A stretch of 64,000 nt of DNA from Solirubrobacterales bacterium (GTDB taxonomy: Bacteria > Actinomycetota > Thermoleophilia > Solirubrobacterales > 70-9). Location: NCBI GenBank assembly GCA_036505735.1, contig DASXSZ010000203.1, forward strand, positions 1,658 through 65,657, written 5' to 3'. Position numbers and translations under genes: made by a program. The notes below the pieces were generated by a model. It had not been told where the DNA came from. It was given only the letters and a program-made list of their open reading frames with translations, and did not search any database. Positions 18,259 to 28,413 of this stretch are shown here, piece by piece (position 1 is the stretch's first letter; the number at the start of each line of letters is the position of its first letter).

Positions 18259-18684
18259 ATGGACCAGCGGCTCAGCCTGATCACGCTCGGCATCTCCGAC
18301 CTCGCGCGGGCGCGCAGGTTCTACGAGGACCTCGGCTGGAAGACCGGCGCGGAGGAGGCGGACGACGTCGTCTTCTTCCAGGCGGGCGGGATGGTCGTCG
18401 CCCTCTGGGGCCGGGACAAGCTGGCCGAGGACAGCGCCGTCACCGACGGCGAGGGCTGGGGAGGGGTGACCTTCGCCTACAACACCCGCTCCCCGGACGA
18501 GGTCGATGAGGTGATCGAGGAGGCCCGCAAGGCGGGCGCGACCATCGGCCGCGAGCCGGCCGAGACCTTCTGGGGCGGCTACTCGGGGATCTTCATCGAT
18601 CCGGACGGCCATCCGTGGGAGGTCGCCCACAACCCGCGCTGGACGATCGAGGAGGACGGCTCGGTCACGCTCCCCTCCGACTAG
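18259..18684 (+). CDS. VOC (glyoxalase/bleomycin-resistance) family protein
   Basis: MDQRLSLITLGISDLARARRFYEDLGW... and FIDPDGHPWEVAHNP are typical VOC repeats. ATG at 18259 chosen over the upstream extension. Confidence 0.8.
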   Translation: MDQRLSLITLGISDLARARRFYEDLGWKTGAEEADDVVFFQAGGMVVALWGRDKLAEDSAVTDGEGWGGVTFAYNTRSPDEVDEVIEEARKAGATIGREPAETFWGGYSGIFIDPDGHPWEVAHNPRWTIEEDGSVTLPSD

Positions 18685-18747
18685 GAGTCAGGCGCTCGGC
18701 TGACCTGCATCGGGCGGGGGGCGCGCGGCTGCCAGAATCCGCCGCTC

Positions 18748-21700
18748 ATGGCTGGATTCCGCCCGGTGGACCCGAAACAGTCGTTTCCCGAGCTCGAGGA
18801 GCGGGTGCTCGAGCGCTGGCGGGACCGGGCAATCTTCCGGCGCTCGCTCGCCAATCGCGAGGGGGCACCGCTGTGGGGGTTCTACGAGGGACCACCGACG
18901 GCAAACGGGCGTCCGGGCTCGCATCACGTCCTCTCGCGGGTGTTCAAGGACATCTACCCCCGCTACCGGACGATGACCGGCCACTACGTGCCGCGAAAGG
19001 CCGGCTGGGATTGCCACGGCCTGCCGGTCGAGCTCGAGATCGAGCGCGAGCTGGGGATCTCCTCGAAGGAGGAGATCGAGGAGTACGGGATCGCGGAGTT
19101 CAATGACCGCTGCCGGGAGTCGGTGTTCCGCTACGTCGAGGACTGGAACCGGCTCACCGAGCGGATCGGCTTCTGGCTCGACCTCGACGACCCCTACGTC
19201 ACCCTCAACAACGAGTACATCGAGTCGGTCTGGTGGGCGCTGCGCAGAATGTGGGACGACGGCCGCCTCTACGAGGGCCACAAGGTCGTGCCGTACTGCC
19301 CCCGGTGCGGCACCGCGCTCTCCTCCCACGAGGTCGCCCTCGGCTACCACGACGTGGAGGACCCGAGCGTCTACGTCAAGCTTCCGGTGCGAGAGCCGGC
19401 CTCCGAGAGCCCGCTCGAGCCCGGCGACCAGCTGCTGGTCTGGACGACCACGCCCTGGACCCTGATCACCAACGCGGCGGTCGCGGCCGGGCCGGAGATC
19501 GAATATGTCCGGGTGCAGGTCCTGGGCGGGGACGAGGCGATCGGGCACGCGGCGGGGGATGAGGTCTTCGTCATGGCCCGCGATCGCGTCGAGCACGTCC
19601 TCGGCGAAGACGTCGAGGTGCTGTCGACGTTCCCCGGTACGGCCCTCGCCGATACCTCGTATGAGCCGCCCTTCGACTACATCACCGACTACGGCCTGCG
19701 CGGCCACACGGTGCTGCTCGCGGACTTCGTCACCACCGAGGACGGCACGGGCCTGGTCCACAGCGCGATCGCCTTCGGCGAGGACGACTTCGGGCTCGGC
19801 GAGCAGTACGGGATCACCCTGCAGAACCCGGTCGACCTACGGGGCCGCTTCGATGAGCGGATCACGGACTTCGCCGGCCGCAAGGTAAAGGAGGCCGACC
19901 CCGACATCGTCAAGGCCCTGGATGAGAGGGGCAAGCTCCTGCGCGCGGAGACCTACCTGCACGCCTATCCCCACTGCTGGCGCTGCGACACGCCGCTCCT
20001 CTACTACGCCAAGGCGAGCTGGTACGTGAAGACGACCGAGGTCCGCGACCGGCTCATCGCCGCCAACGATGAGATCGGCTGGCACCCGGAGCACATCAAG
20101 CACGGGCGCTTCGGCAAGTGGCTCGAGGGGAACGTGGACTGGGCCCTCTCCCGCGACCGCTATTGGGGGACCCCGCTGCCGATCTGGGAATGCGACGCCG
20201 AGGGCTGCGAGGAGCGCTTCTGCGCCGGGTCTATCGCGGACCTGCGCGAGCGCGGCGCTGAGGTCCCCGATGACCTCCACCGGCCCTACATCGACGAGGT
20301 GACCTTCGCCTGCGAGCGCGAGGGCTGCGAGGGCACGATGCGCCGGGTCCTCTCCGTGATCGACGCCTGGTTCGACTCCGGCTCGATGCCCTGGGCCCAG
20401 TACCACTACCCGTTCGAGAACGAGGAGCGGTTTACGGAGCGCTTCCCCGCCGACTTCATCTGCGAGGCCATCGACCAGACCCGCGGCTGGTTCTACACGC
20501 TGCTCGCCGAGGCGGTCCTGCTTTTCGACACCTCGAGCTACCGCAACGTCGTCTGCCTGGGCCTGATCCTCGATCCGGAGGGGCAGAAGATGTCGAAGAG
20601 CCGCGGCAACGTGGTCGAGCCCTGGGACGTGATCAAGCGCCACGGCGCCGACGCGTTCCGCTGGTACTACTTCGCCTCACAGCAGCCCTGGGCCGGCTAC
20701 CGCTTCTCCGTCGAGACGGTCGGGGAGGCGGTTCGCCAGTTCCTGCTCACCCTCTGGAACACGTACTCGTTCTGGGTGCTCTACGCGAATGCCGAGGGTC
20801 TCGAACCCGCCAAGCTCGCCGGGGTCTGGAGCGCGGGTGAGCGAAGCGAGGGGTCAGCCGCTGAGCTCGACCGCTGGGCGGTCTCCCGGCTGCAGCGAAC
20901 CATCGCGGAGGTCCGCGAGCACATGGACGCATTCGACTGCACCGCCGCGGGCAGGGCGATCGCCGAGTACAGCGAGGAGCTCTCCAACTGGTACGTCCGC
21001 CTCAGCCGGCGCCGCTTCTGGGACGGGGATGAGACGGCCTTCGCCACCCTGCGCCACTGCCTGATCACGATGGCGACGCTGCTCGCTCCCTTCACGCCCT
21101 TCCTCGCGGACGAGATCTACACGAACCTGGCGGCTGGAACGGACGAGAGCGCCTTCGGCGACTGCCCCGACTCGGTCCACCTCTGCGACTACCCGGAGGT
21201 CCACGAGGACCTGATCGACGCCCAGCTCGAGGAGGGCATGGAGGCCGTCCGCCGGACCGTCGAGCTCGGCCGCGCGGCTCGCGCGCAGGCGAAGGTGAAG
21301 CTCCGCCAGCCCCTCCGCAAGGCGGTGGTCGTCGCCTCCGACGCAGAGCGGGCCGCGATCGAGCGCCTCTCCGGGGTCGTTGCCTCGGAGCTGAACGTGA
21401 AGGACCTCGACTTCGTCCACAGCGAGGCCGAGCTCGTCTCGTACCGGGTGAAGCCGAACTACCGCTCGCTCGGCCCCCGGTTCGGAAAGAACATGCCTCA
21501 GGTGGCGGCGGCGGTGGAGGCACTCGACGCCGCTGGCGTGGCAGAGCGGCTCGAGGCGGGCGCCGAGGTCGGCATCGCGATCGACGGCAAGGAGCACACG
21601 CTCTCCGCCGATGACATCAACCTGGTCATGGAGCCGCTCGAGGGCTACCAGGTCGAGGCCGAGGCGGGCCACGCGGTGGCCCTCGAGCTGGACCTCGACG

Positions 21701-21960
21701 ACGACCTGCGGCGCGAGGGCCTCGCGCGCGAGGTGGTGCGCGCCGTGCAGGAGGCCCGCAAGCAGGCCGGCCTGGAGGTCTCCGACCGGATCTCGCTGGA
21801 GCTCGGCGGCGACGACGAGCTGCTCGCGGCCGCCCGCGAGCACGAGTCCTACATCGCCGGTGAGACGCTGGCCACCTCGGTCGGCTACGCCGCCGACGGC
21901 GCCGGGGAGAAGGCGACGATCGAGGGCCGCGAGCTGCGGATCGCCGTTTCCAAGGTCTGA
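18748..21960 (+). CDS. ileS: isoleucine--tRNA ligase (type 2)
   Basis: 1070 aa with the PPTANGRPGSHHV (HIGH-class) motif, GWDCHGLPVE, the CP1 editing region and KMSKS (GQKMSKSRGN). Confidence 0.97.
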   Translation: MAGFRPVDPKQSFPELEERVLERWRDRAIFRRSLANREGAPLWGFYEGPPTANGRPGSHHVLSRVFKDIYPRYRTMTGHYVPRKAGWDCHGLPVELEIERELGISSKEEIEEYGIAEFNDRCRESVFRYVEDWNRLTERIGFWLDLDDPYVTLNNEYIESVWWALRRMWDDGRLYEGHKVVPYCPRCGTALSSHEVALGYHDVEDPSVYVKLPVREPASESPLEPGDQLLVWTTTPWTLITNAAVAAGPEIEYVRVQVLGGDEAIGHAAGDEVFVMARDRVEHVLGEDVEVLSTFPGTALADTSYEPPFDYITDYGLRGHTVLLADFVTTEDGTGLVHSAIAFGEDDFGLGEQYGITLQNPVDLRGRFDERITDFAGRKVKEADPDIVKALDERGKLLRAETYLHAYPHCWRCDTPLLYYAKASWYVKTTEVRDRLIAANDEIGWHPEHIKHGRFGKWLEGNVDWALSRDRYWGTPLPIWECDAEGCEERFCAGSIADLRERGAEVPDDLHRPYIDEVTFACEREGCEGTMRRVLSVIDAWFDSGSMPWAQYHYPFENEERFTERFPADFICEAIDQTRGWFYTLLAEAVLLFDTSSYRNVVCLGLILDPEGQKMSKSRGNVVEPWDVIKRHGADAFRWYYFASQQPWAGYRFSVETVGEAVRQFLLTLWNTYSFWVLYANAEGLEPAKLAGVWSAGERSEGSAAELDRWAVSRLQRTIAEVREHMDAFDCTAAGRAIAEYSEELSNWYVRLSRRRFWDGDETAFATLRHCLITMATLLAPFTPFLADEIYTNLAAGTDESAFGDCPDSVHLCDYPEVHEDLIDAQLEEGMEAVRRTVELGRAARAQAKVKLRQPLRKAVVVASDAERAAIERLSGVVASELNVKDLDFVHSEAELVSYRVKPNYRSLGPRFGKNMPQVAAAVEALDAAGVAERLEAGAEVGIAIDGKEHTLSADDINLVMEPLEGYQVEAEAGHAVALELDLDDDLRREGLAREVVRAVQEARKQAGLEVSDRISLELGGDDELLAAAREHESYIAGETLATSVGYAADGAGEKATIEGRELRIAVSKV

Positions 21961-22632
21961 GTGTCACCGGGACCCACAGCAGCCGGCATCGCCGCGGTCG
22001 TCTTCGACCTGGACGGCGTGCTCGTCGACTCCGAGGCAGTCTGGGACGACGTACGACGGCGCTTCACCGAGGAGAACGGCGGTCGCTGGCACGAGGGGGC
22101 GCAGCGAGAAATGATGGGGATGAGCTCGGAGGAGTGGTCGCGGTACGTGCGCGATCGCCTCGGGGTTGAGATGGATCCCGAGCGGATCTCGGCGGCCGTC
22201 GCGGACCGGGTCGCAGAGGTCTACCGCGAGCGCCTCCCACTCCTGCCCGGCGCGCTGGAAGCAGTCAGGTCGCTCGCGGCCGAGTGGCCGCTGGGCCTCG
22301 CCTCCTCCTCCAATCGCCACGTGATCGACCTCGTGCTCGACCTGGCCGGGATCGCCGGCGACTTTCGGGTCACGGTCTCCTCGGAGGAGGTGGGCGCTGG
22401 CAAGCCCGCCGCCGACGTCTACCTGGAGGCGGCCGGGCGCCTGGGCGCCGATCCGGGCGCCTGCGTCGCGATCGAGGACTCGACCAACGGAATCCGCTCG
22501 GCCGACACCGCCGGCATGGCGGTGGTCGCGATCCCCAACCGCGACTTCCCTCCGGAGCCCGACGCTCTCGGCCGCGCCTGGCTCGTCCTGGACTCGCTGG
22601 AGGAGCTCACCCCCGAGCGACTGCGCGGCTAG
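21961..22632 (+). CDS. HAD family hydrolase (beta-phosphoglucomutase-like subfamily)
   Basis: VVFDLDGVLVDSE (DxD motif I), LASSSN (motif II) and IEDSTNGIRSA (motif IV). GTG start immediately after the ileS stop. Confidence 0.85.
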   Translation: MSPGPTAAGIAAVVFDLDGVLVDSEAVWDDVRRRFTEENGGRWHEGAQREMMGMSSEEWSRYVRDRLGVEMDPERISAAVADRVAEVYRERLPLLPGALEAVRSLAAEWPLGLASSSNRHVIDLVLDLAGIAGDFRVTVSSEEVGAGKPAADVYLEAAGRLGADPGACVAIEDSTNGIRSADTAGMAVVAIPNRDFPPEPDALGRAWLVLDSLEELTPERLRG

Positions 22633-23015
22633 TCGATCGTCGCCTCCGCCTCGATCTCGACCTTCCAGCGGGGATCGAGGAAGCCGGAGACGACGACCAT
22701 CGTCGCGACCGGGGGCGCCCCGCCGAAGACCGCGGAGTGCGCGCGCCCCACGGCCTCGCCGTCCGCGGGGTCGGTGAGGAACATCCTGGTGCGAGTCACG
22801 TGCTCCGCGCGCGCCCCGCACTCGGCGAGCGACTCGACGATGATCTCGAGACAGCGGCGCGCCTGCTGCTCGGGATCCGGGTCGCAGGAGCCGTCCGGCC
22901 AGATCGGGGCGGTGCCGGCGACGATCACGCGATCGCCGACGCGCAGCGCGCGGCAGAATCCGATCTTCGCCTCGAAGGGCGAGCCCGACGCTACTCGCTG
23001 CCGCTCAGCCGCCAC
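22629..23015 (-). CDS. RidA/YjgF family protein
   Basis: 128 aa. ...RVGDRVIVAGTAP..., VTRTRMFLTD and a C-terminal VEIEAEA fit the Rid family. Confidence 0.85.
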   Translation of the reverse strand: MAAERQRVASGSPFEAKIGFCRALRVGDRVIVAGTAPIWPDGSCDPDPEQQARRCLEIIVESLAECGARAEHVTRTRMFLTDPADGEAVGRAHSAVFGGAPPVATMVVVSGFLDPRWKVEIEAEATID

Positions 23016-23117
23016 CGGCCAATCCTAGGCGCGGCGTCAGGTCGAGAAGGTGAGCCGCGCGAGCAGGCGCTCGCTGAGGGAGCGGCCGAAGAAGCGGCCG
23101 CGGAGGAGCTAGGTCGG

Positions 23118-23444
23118 CTACGCCAGCACCGGCTCGAGCTCTGACTCGAGTCGAGTCTTCGGCCGGGCGCCGACCAGCCGGGTGACGACCTCGCCGTCCT
23201 TGAAGACGATCATCGTCGGGATGGAGAGGACCTCGTACTTCGCCGCGGTCTGCGGGTTCTCGTCGGTGTTGAGGCTGACGATCCGCAGGTCCTCGCGCTC
23301 AGCGTCGATCTCCTCGAGGACCGGATGCACGACTCGGCAGGGACCGCACCAGGGCGCCCAGAAATCGACCAGCACGGGGCCTTCGGCCTCGATCACATCG
23401 GACTGGAAGGTGGCGTCGGTTACGTCTGTGAGCTTGCCCGGCAC
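23118..23444 (-). CDS. trxA: thioredoxin
   Basis: 108 aa with the WAPWCGPCR active site. GTG start with AGGAGA 6 nt upstream. Confidence 0.95.
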   Translation of the reverse strand: MPGKLTDVTDATFQSDVIEAEGPVLVDFWAPWCGPCRVVHPVLEEIDAEREDLRIVSLNTDENPQTAAKYEVLSIPTMIVFKDGEVVTRLVGARPKTRLESELEPVLA

Positions 23445-23526
23445 TGTGGGTCTCCTAGGTCGTGGTTGAAGGTCCGCTATTCAGTCTAGCCAGACCTGCA
23501 GGAGTTACTTTACAAAGTGAAGCAAG

Positions 23527-24285
23527 TCACCAGCGGCGGAACCGCATCGCGGGCACCCGCCATATCGCCTCGGCGACGATCGCCTTGCTCATCTTGGATG
23601 TCCCGTCTCGCCGGTCCCTGAAGGTGATCGGGACCTCGACGACCTTGAAGCCGGCCCGAATCGCCCGGTAGGTCGTCTCGACCTGGAACGCGTAGCCGCG
23701 CGCCTCGATGGTGTCGAGGTTGATCGTCTCCAGGACCTCGGGGCGGAAGCATTTGAACCCCCCGGTCAAATCCCTGATCGGCAGGCCGAGCGCGACCCGA
23801 GCGTAGGCGCTTCCGCCGCGGCTGATGAAGCGCCTTATCGCGCCCCAGTCGGTGACCCCGCCCCCGGGGACGTAGCGGGAGCCGATGGCGAGGTCGGCGG
23901 TCTCCGTCGCCTCGATCAGCCTCGGCAGGTACGCGGGGTCATGGGAGAAGTCGGCGTCCATCTCGACGATCCGCTCGGCGCCGGCGTCGAGGGCGACGTG
24001 GAACCCGGCCAGGTACGCGGGCCCCAGGCCCTGCTTCACCTGGCGATGGAGGACCGCGACCGATTCGTTGGACCCGGCCAGGCGGTCGGCGATCTCGCCC
24101 GTGCCATCGGGAGAGTTGTCGTCGACGATCAGGACGCGGCCTGGCTCCGGGATCCGCTCCAGGACCGCGCCGACAATCCGCTCGAGGTTCTCGGCCTCGT
24201 CGTAGGTCGGCAGGATCACCCAGGCGCCACCGGTGCGAGTCGCCTGCGGCGCGGTCGAGGCCGCGGGCTGTGGAATCTCGGCCAT
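23527..24285 (-). CDS. ppm1: polyprenol-phosphate mannosyltransferase (GT2, Ppm1/DPM1-like)
   Basis: ILPTYDEAENL, IVDDNSPDGT and EMDADFSHDP fit the GT2 dolichol-phosphate mannosyltransferase pattern. 252 aa. Confidence 0.85.
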   Translation of the reverse strand: MAEIPQPAASTAPQATRTGGAWVILPTYDEAENLERIVGAVLERIPEPGRVLIVDDNSPDGTGEIADRLAGSNESVAVLHRQVKQGLGPAYLAGFHVALDAGAERIVEMDADFSHDPAYLPRLIEATETADLAIGSRYVPGGGVTDWGAIRRFISRGGSAYARVALGLPIRDLTGGFKCFRPEVLETINLDTIEARGYAFQVETTYRAIRAGFKVVEVPITFRDRRDGTSKMSKAIVAEAIWRVPAMRFRRW

Positions 24286-24363
24286 TGACTAAGGCTAGTT
24301 AGCGCCACCGGATCCGGAGGGGCCGTCTCGGCCCCGCTTTGGCCGGGCAATAGGTTGTCTGAT

Positions 24364-26100
24364 ATGCGCAACGCCGAGATAGCCGCGGCCCTGCGGGAGC
24401 TGGGCATCCTCTACGAGCTCGACGGAGCCGATCGCTTCCGCGTGCTCGCCTACAGGGAGGCGGCCCGGACGGTGGCACAGAGCCCGGTCTCGATCGAGCA
24501 GCTCGCGAAGGAGGGCCGGCTCACCGAGCTGCCGGCGATTGGCAAGACGCTCGCGGAGAAGATCGTGACCCTGATCGAGACCGGGAGCATCCCGTCGGCC
24601 GACAAGCTCAAGGCGAAATTCCCGGCGACGCTCGTCGAGGTGACCCGCGTGCCCGGGCTGGGAGCGAAGACCGCCCGCCGGATCTATGACGAGATCGGCG
24701 TCGAGAACCTCATGGAGCTGAAGGAGGCCGCGGAACAAGGGCGGATCAGTGGGATCCGCGGCCTCGGCCCGAAGACGGAGGAGAACATCCTCGCCTCGCT
24801 GGAGGGGATCACCGAGGACGGCCTCGGCGAGCGCCTCCTCCTCTCCCAGGTCCTGCCGATCGCCGAGGAGATCCGCGGTGATCTGCTGGAGCTCGGGGTT
24901 GCGCACAGAATCGAGATCGCCGGCTCCGCGCGCCGCTGGACCGAGACCTGCAAGGACCTCGACCTGATCGCGACCACGGACGATCCGGCGGGCCTCGCGA
25001 GGGCTCTCTCCACCCACGACCTGTCGGCCGAGACCCGCCGCGGTGGCGACGCGGCGGCCAGCGTGCTCACCCACTCGGGCCTCAAGGTCGACCTCCGGAT
25101 AGGGACCGAGGAGGAGTTCGGCGACCTGCTCCAGCACTTCACCGGTTCGGCGGCGCACAACGTGCAGCTGCGGGAGCGGGCGCTTGCGCGCGGCTTCTCG
25201 GTGAGCGAGTACGGGGTCGCGGAGGCGGAGGGCAAGCGAGTCCACAAGTTCGCCGACGAGGCAGGCGTCTACGAGCTGCTCGGCCTCCCCTATATCGAGC
25301 CGGAGCTCCGGGAGGGCCGCGGCGAGATCGAGGCCGGGGACACCGGGGAGCTCCCCGACCTGGTGACCATCGACGACATCCGCGGGGACCTCCACTGCCA
25401 CACCACCCTCTCGGACGGCCGCAACTCGCTCGAGGAGATGGCGGAGGCTGCGCGACGCCGCGGATACGCGTACCTCGCGATCACCGACCACTCCGCGAGC
25501 CACGGCTTCGGCAACGACGTCAGCGCCAAGCAGCTGGCGAAGAGGATCGAGGAGGTCCGAGCCTGGAACGAGATCGCTCCGCGCGGCTTCCGGCTGCTGG
25601 CGGGATCCGAGGTGAACATCGGCAACGACGGCTCACCGGATTACCCGGACGAGCTGCTCGCCGAGCTCGACTGGGTGATCGGCAGCGTCCACACGTCCTT
25701 CAACATCTCCGAGAAGGCGATGACCGACCGTGTGATCGAGGCGATGCAGCATCCGCTGATCGACTGCATCGGTCACCTCACCGGTCGCCTGCTCTTGCGG
25801 CGCGAGCCGTACGGAGTCGACATCGAGCGGATCGCGGAGGCCGCGGCGCGGACGGGGACGATGATGGAGATCAACGGCAACCCCAATCGGCGCGACCTGA
25901 ACGAGGGTCACGCCAAGCTGGCCGCGGAGGCGGGCGTGCGGATCGTCTGCAACACGGACGCCCATGGCACGGAGACGCTGGCGAACATCCAATACTCCGT
26001 CGCGACTGCGCGCCGGGCCTGGCTGAGCGCGAAGCAGATCGCCAACACCCGGACGTGGCGCTCTTTCGCCCCGCTGCGGAAGCGGGCGAGACAAGGCTGA
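24364..26100 (+). CDS. polX: family X DNA polymerase with C-terminal PHP domain (PolX)
   Basis: N-terminal 8-kDa/HhH region (MRNAEIAAALRELGILYEL...FRVLAYREAAR), GLGPKT and a PHP domain (DLHCHTTLSDG...ITDHS...NTDAH). The ORF track starts at TTG 24355; ATG 24364 is preferred. Confidence 0.9.
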   Translation: MRNAEIAAALRELGILYELDGADRFRVLAYREAARTVAQSPVSIEQLAKEGRLTELPAIGKTLAEKIVTLIETGSIPSADKLKAKFPATLVEVTRVPGLGAKTARRIYDEIGVENLMELKEAAEQGRISGIRGLGPKTEENILASLEGITEDGLGERLLLSQVLPIAEEIRGDLLELGVAHRIEIAGSARRWTETCKDLDLIATTDDPAGLARALSTHDLSAETRRGGDAAASVLTHSGLKVDLRIGTEEEFGDLLQHFTGSAAHNVQLRERALARGFSVSEYGVAEAEGKRVHKFADEAGVYELLGLPYIEPELREGRGEIEAGDTGELPDLVTIDDIRGDLHCHTTLSDGRNSLEEMAEAARRRGYAYLAITDHSASHGFGNDVSAKQLAKRIEEVRAWNEIAPRGFRLLAGSEVNIGNDGSPDYPDELLAELDWVIGSVHTSFNISEKAMTDRVIEAMQHPLIDCIGHLTGRLLLRREPYGVDIERIAEAAARTGTMMEINGNPNRRDLNEGHAKLAAEAGVRIVCNTDAHGTETLANIQYSVATARRAWLSAKQIANTRTWRSFAPLRKRARQG

Positions 26101-26101
26101 C

Positions 26102-26740
26102 TTAGACCAGGGGCTTCGGCAGCTTCGAGCTGCCGGGAGGGCGCAGGCCGTCGATGATGATCTCGACCAGCCGGGGCCAGCGTCCGGTGGCGGGCCCCAT
26201 CTCCGACGGCGTGATGCGCCCGAGGCCGCAGGCAATCATCGGGATGTCCTCCCACTCGAGGTCCTTGCGCAGCCGGCCGGAACGCTGGGCCCTGTCGACG
26301 AGCTGGTCGCAGAGCTCGGGGAGGCCGACCGTCAAGGCCGAGTCGTTCATGACCTCGGGACGGGAGCCCATCACCTCGCAGAGGCCGCGGTCATCGGCCT
26401 GGATCTGCGCGGAGAAGCGGATGAAGTCACAGAGGCCCTCCCATGGATCCTCTGCCGCGATCCCCTCGCGCGCCTTCTCGGCGAGGCGCTCGAAGCGCTC
26501 GGCGGCGAGGGCCGCGATCAGGTCTTGCTTGGTCGGGAAGTGGCGGTAGACCGTTCCCACCCCGACCTTCGCGACCTTGGCGACGTCGGGCATCTGCGCG
26601 TCGAGGCCCTCATCCGCGAAGAGCTTCTTCGCCGCAGCGATCACCGCCTCGCGGTTGCGGCGGGCGTCCGCCCGCTGCACCCTCTCGACGACGGCAGTCT
26701 TGCCCGCTGGCCTGGGCTTTGTCTCTGTGACGGGGGTCAT
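26102..26740 (-). CDS. TetR/AcrR family transcriptional regulator
   Basis: HTH region ARRNREAVIAAAKKLFADEG...VAKVAKVGVGTVYRHFPTKQDL. ATG 26740 is preferred over the longer ORF. Confidence 0.85.
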   Translation of the reverse strand: MTPVTETKPRPAGKTAVVERVQRADARRNREAVIAAAKKLFADEGLDAQMPDVAKVAKVGVGTVYRHFPTKQDLIAALAAERFERLAEKAREGIAAEDPWEGLCDFIRFSAQIQADDRGLCEVMGSRPEVMNDSALTVGLPELCDQLVDRAQRSGRLRKDLEWEDIPMIACGLGRITPSEMGPATGRWPRLVEIIIDGLRPPGSSKLPKPLV

Positions 26741-26797
26741 TTGGTCTCGCTCCGCTCGCTGCGATTCTCTCGGAGAGTCCCGATGCTCTGATTGCAA

Positions 26798-26848
26798 ACG
26801 GAACTCGGATTCCGTATAGTTCTAAGCGAAACCGGAACTCAGGTTCCG
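26798..26848. promoter_or_regulatory. two copies of a 16-bp palindromic operator-like motif CGGAACTCrGrTTCCG
   Basis: CGGAACTCGGATTCCG at 26799-26814 and CGGAACTCAGGTTCCG at 26833-26848, in the AT-richer spacer between the divergent TetR and MFS genes. Confidence 0.5.
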
Positions 26849-26948
26849 AATAGAGCATATCGGACCTGTCTATTTCGGCAAGTCCCGTTCGTCGTCAGAG
26901 TAGGAACCGGCGAGAAGGAGCCGGGAGAAAAGGAAAGGAGCAAGGGGG

Positions 26949-28409
26949 ATGACAACAGCACAGGAATATCTGGAACGTCGTTGGACAGCTTTGATCCTGC
27001 TCTGCGTCTCGCAGTTCGTTGTCGTCCTCGACGCATCGATCGTCAACGTCGCGCTGCCGAGCATCGGCAAGGGCCTGGACTTCTCGGAGGAGAATCTTCC
27101 GTGGGTCGTCAACGCGTACGTGATCGCCTTCGGCGGCTTCCTCCTCCTCGGCGGACGGGCGGCGGACCTTCTCGGCCGGCGTCGGGTCTTCATGGCCGGT
27201 CTGATGGTCGTCGCGGTCGCGTCGCTCTTGGCCGGCTTCGCCGGCAACCAAGGCCAGCTGATCGCCGCCCGCGCCGCACAGGGTCTGGGCGCCGCGATCA
27301 TCTCGCCGCCGGCACTCTCGATCGTCACCTCTCTCTTCGAGGACGGGGCCGAGCGCAACAAGGCCCTGGGAGCCTGGGGCGCCGTGGCGGGCTCGGCCGG
27401 AGCGGCCGGCGTGCTGCTGGGCGGCATCCTCACGGACGGCCTCGGCTGGGAGTGGGTGCTGTGGGTGAATGTGCCGGTCGCGCTGATCGCCCTGGCGTTC
27501 ACTCCGGGTCTGATCCCGGAGAGCCGCTCCGAGTCGGCGACGCGTCACTTCGACGCCGCCGGCGCGGTCAGCATCACGGCCGGCCTCTCGGTTCTGGCTT
27601 ACGCGCTGCTCGACGCGAGCAACTCCGGCTGGGGCTCCACCAAGATCGTCGGTCTGCTGGCGCTCTCGGTCGCCCTGATCGGAGCGTTCGTCGCGATCGA
27701 GCTCCGCTCCAAGGCGCCGTTGGTCCCCTTCCGCATCTTCCGCCTGAGGACGCTGACGGGCGCCAACACGGTCGGCGTCCTGCTCGGCGCCTCCCTGTTC
27801 TCGATGTTCTTCTTCATCTCGCTCTACATGCAGCAGGTGCTCGGCTACAGCCCGATCCACGCGGGGCTCTCCTACCTGCCCCTCGCCGTGACGATCATCG
27901 TCGCGGCCGGCCTTGGCGGTCAGCTCGTCACCCGGTTCGGCTTCAAGCCGATCCTGGCGACGGGGATGCTGTTCGTATCCGGCGGCCTGATCTGGTTCAG
28001 CCAGGTCTCCCTCGGGGGCGGTTTCCTCACTGACATCCTCGGGCCGTCGCTGCTCGCGGCAATCGGTCTCGGGTTCGGATTCGTCACCTCGACGATCGCC
28101 GCCGTCTCCGGAGTTGAGCAGAGGGAACAGGGTCTGGCGAGCGGGCTGATCAACACCTCGCAGCAGATCGGAGGTGCGCTCGGGCTCGCCGTGCTCTCGA
28201 CCATCGCAACCACGCGGACCGACGACGTGATGGCGACTGGCCACTCAACCCTGCCGAACGCGCTCACCGAGGGATTCCAGAGCGCGTTCCTGGGCGGCGC
28301 CGTGATTGCGCTGCTGGGATTCGTGGCGACGCTGGTCCTGATCCGGAGCCGCGACAGCAAGGCGCACGTCGAGATGGCGAAGGCCGAGGCGGCACCAGCG
28401 AGCGCCTAG
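26949..28409 (+). CDS. MFS transporter, DHA2/EmrB-like (14-TMS drug:H+ antiporter type)
   Basis: 486 aa. LDASIVNVALPSI..., WVVNAYVIAFGGFLLLGGRAADLLGRRRVF and about 14 hydrophobic helices. Confidence 0.9.
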   Translation: MTTAQEYLERRWTALILLCVSQFVVVLDASIVNVALPSIGKGLDFSEENLPWVVNAYVIAFGGFLLLGGRAADLLGRRRVFMAGLMVVAVASLLAGFAGNQGQLIAARAAQGLGAAIISPPALSIVTSLFEDGAERNKALGAWGAVAGSAGAAGVLLGGILTDGLGWEWVLWVNVPVALIALAFTPGLIPESRSESATRHFDAAGAVSITAGLSVLAYALLDASNSGWGSTKIVGLLALSVALIGAFVAIELRSKAPLVPFRIFRLRTLTGANTVGVLLGASLFSMFFFISLYMQQVLGYSPIHAGLSYLPLAVTIIVAAGLGGQLVTRFGFKPILATGMLFVSGGLIWFSQVSLGGGFLTDILGPSLLAAIGLGFGFVTSTIAAVSGVEQREQGLASGLINTSQQIGGALGLAVLSTIATTRTDDVMATGHSTLPNALTEGFQSAFLGGAVIALLGFVATLVLIRSRDSKAHVEMAKAEAAPASA

Positions 28410-28413
28410 GTAT

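Noticed and set aside
18685-18747. Possible T-box or other leader upstream of ileS.
   Set aside because: Only 63 nt separate the upstream stop from the ileS start. That is far too short for a T-box riboswitch, and I saw no specifier or T-box sequence.
26833-26848. GAAC-N4-GTTC core (GGAACTCAGGTTCC) as a LexA box.
   Set aside because: It is one of two copies of a longer 16-bp palindrome in a TetR/efflux divergent spacer, and its flanks differ from CGAAC/GTTCG. A TetR operator is the simpler explanation. This also shows that the GAAC-N4-GTTC core alone is weak evidence.
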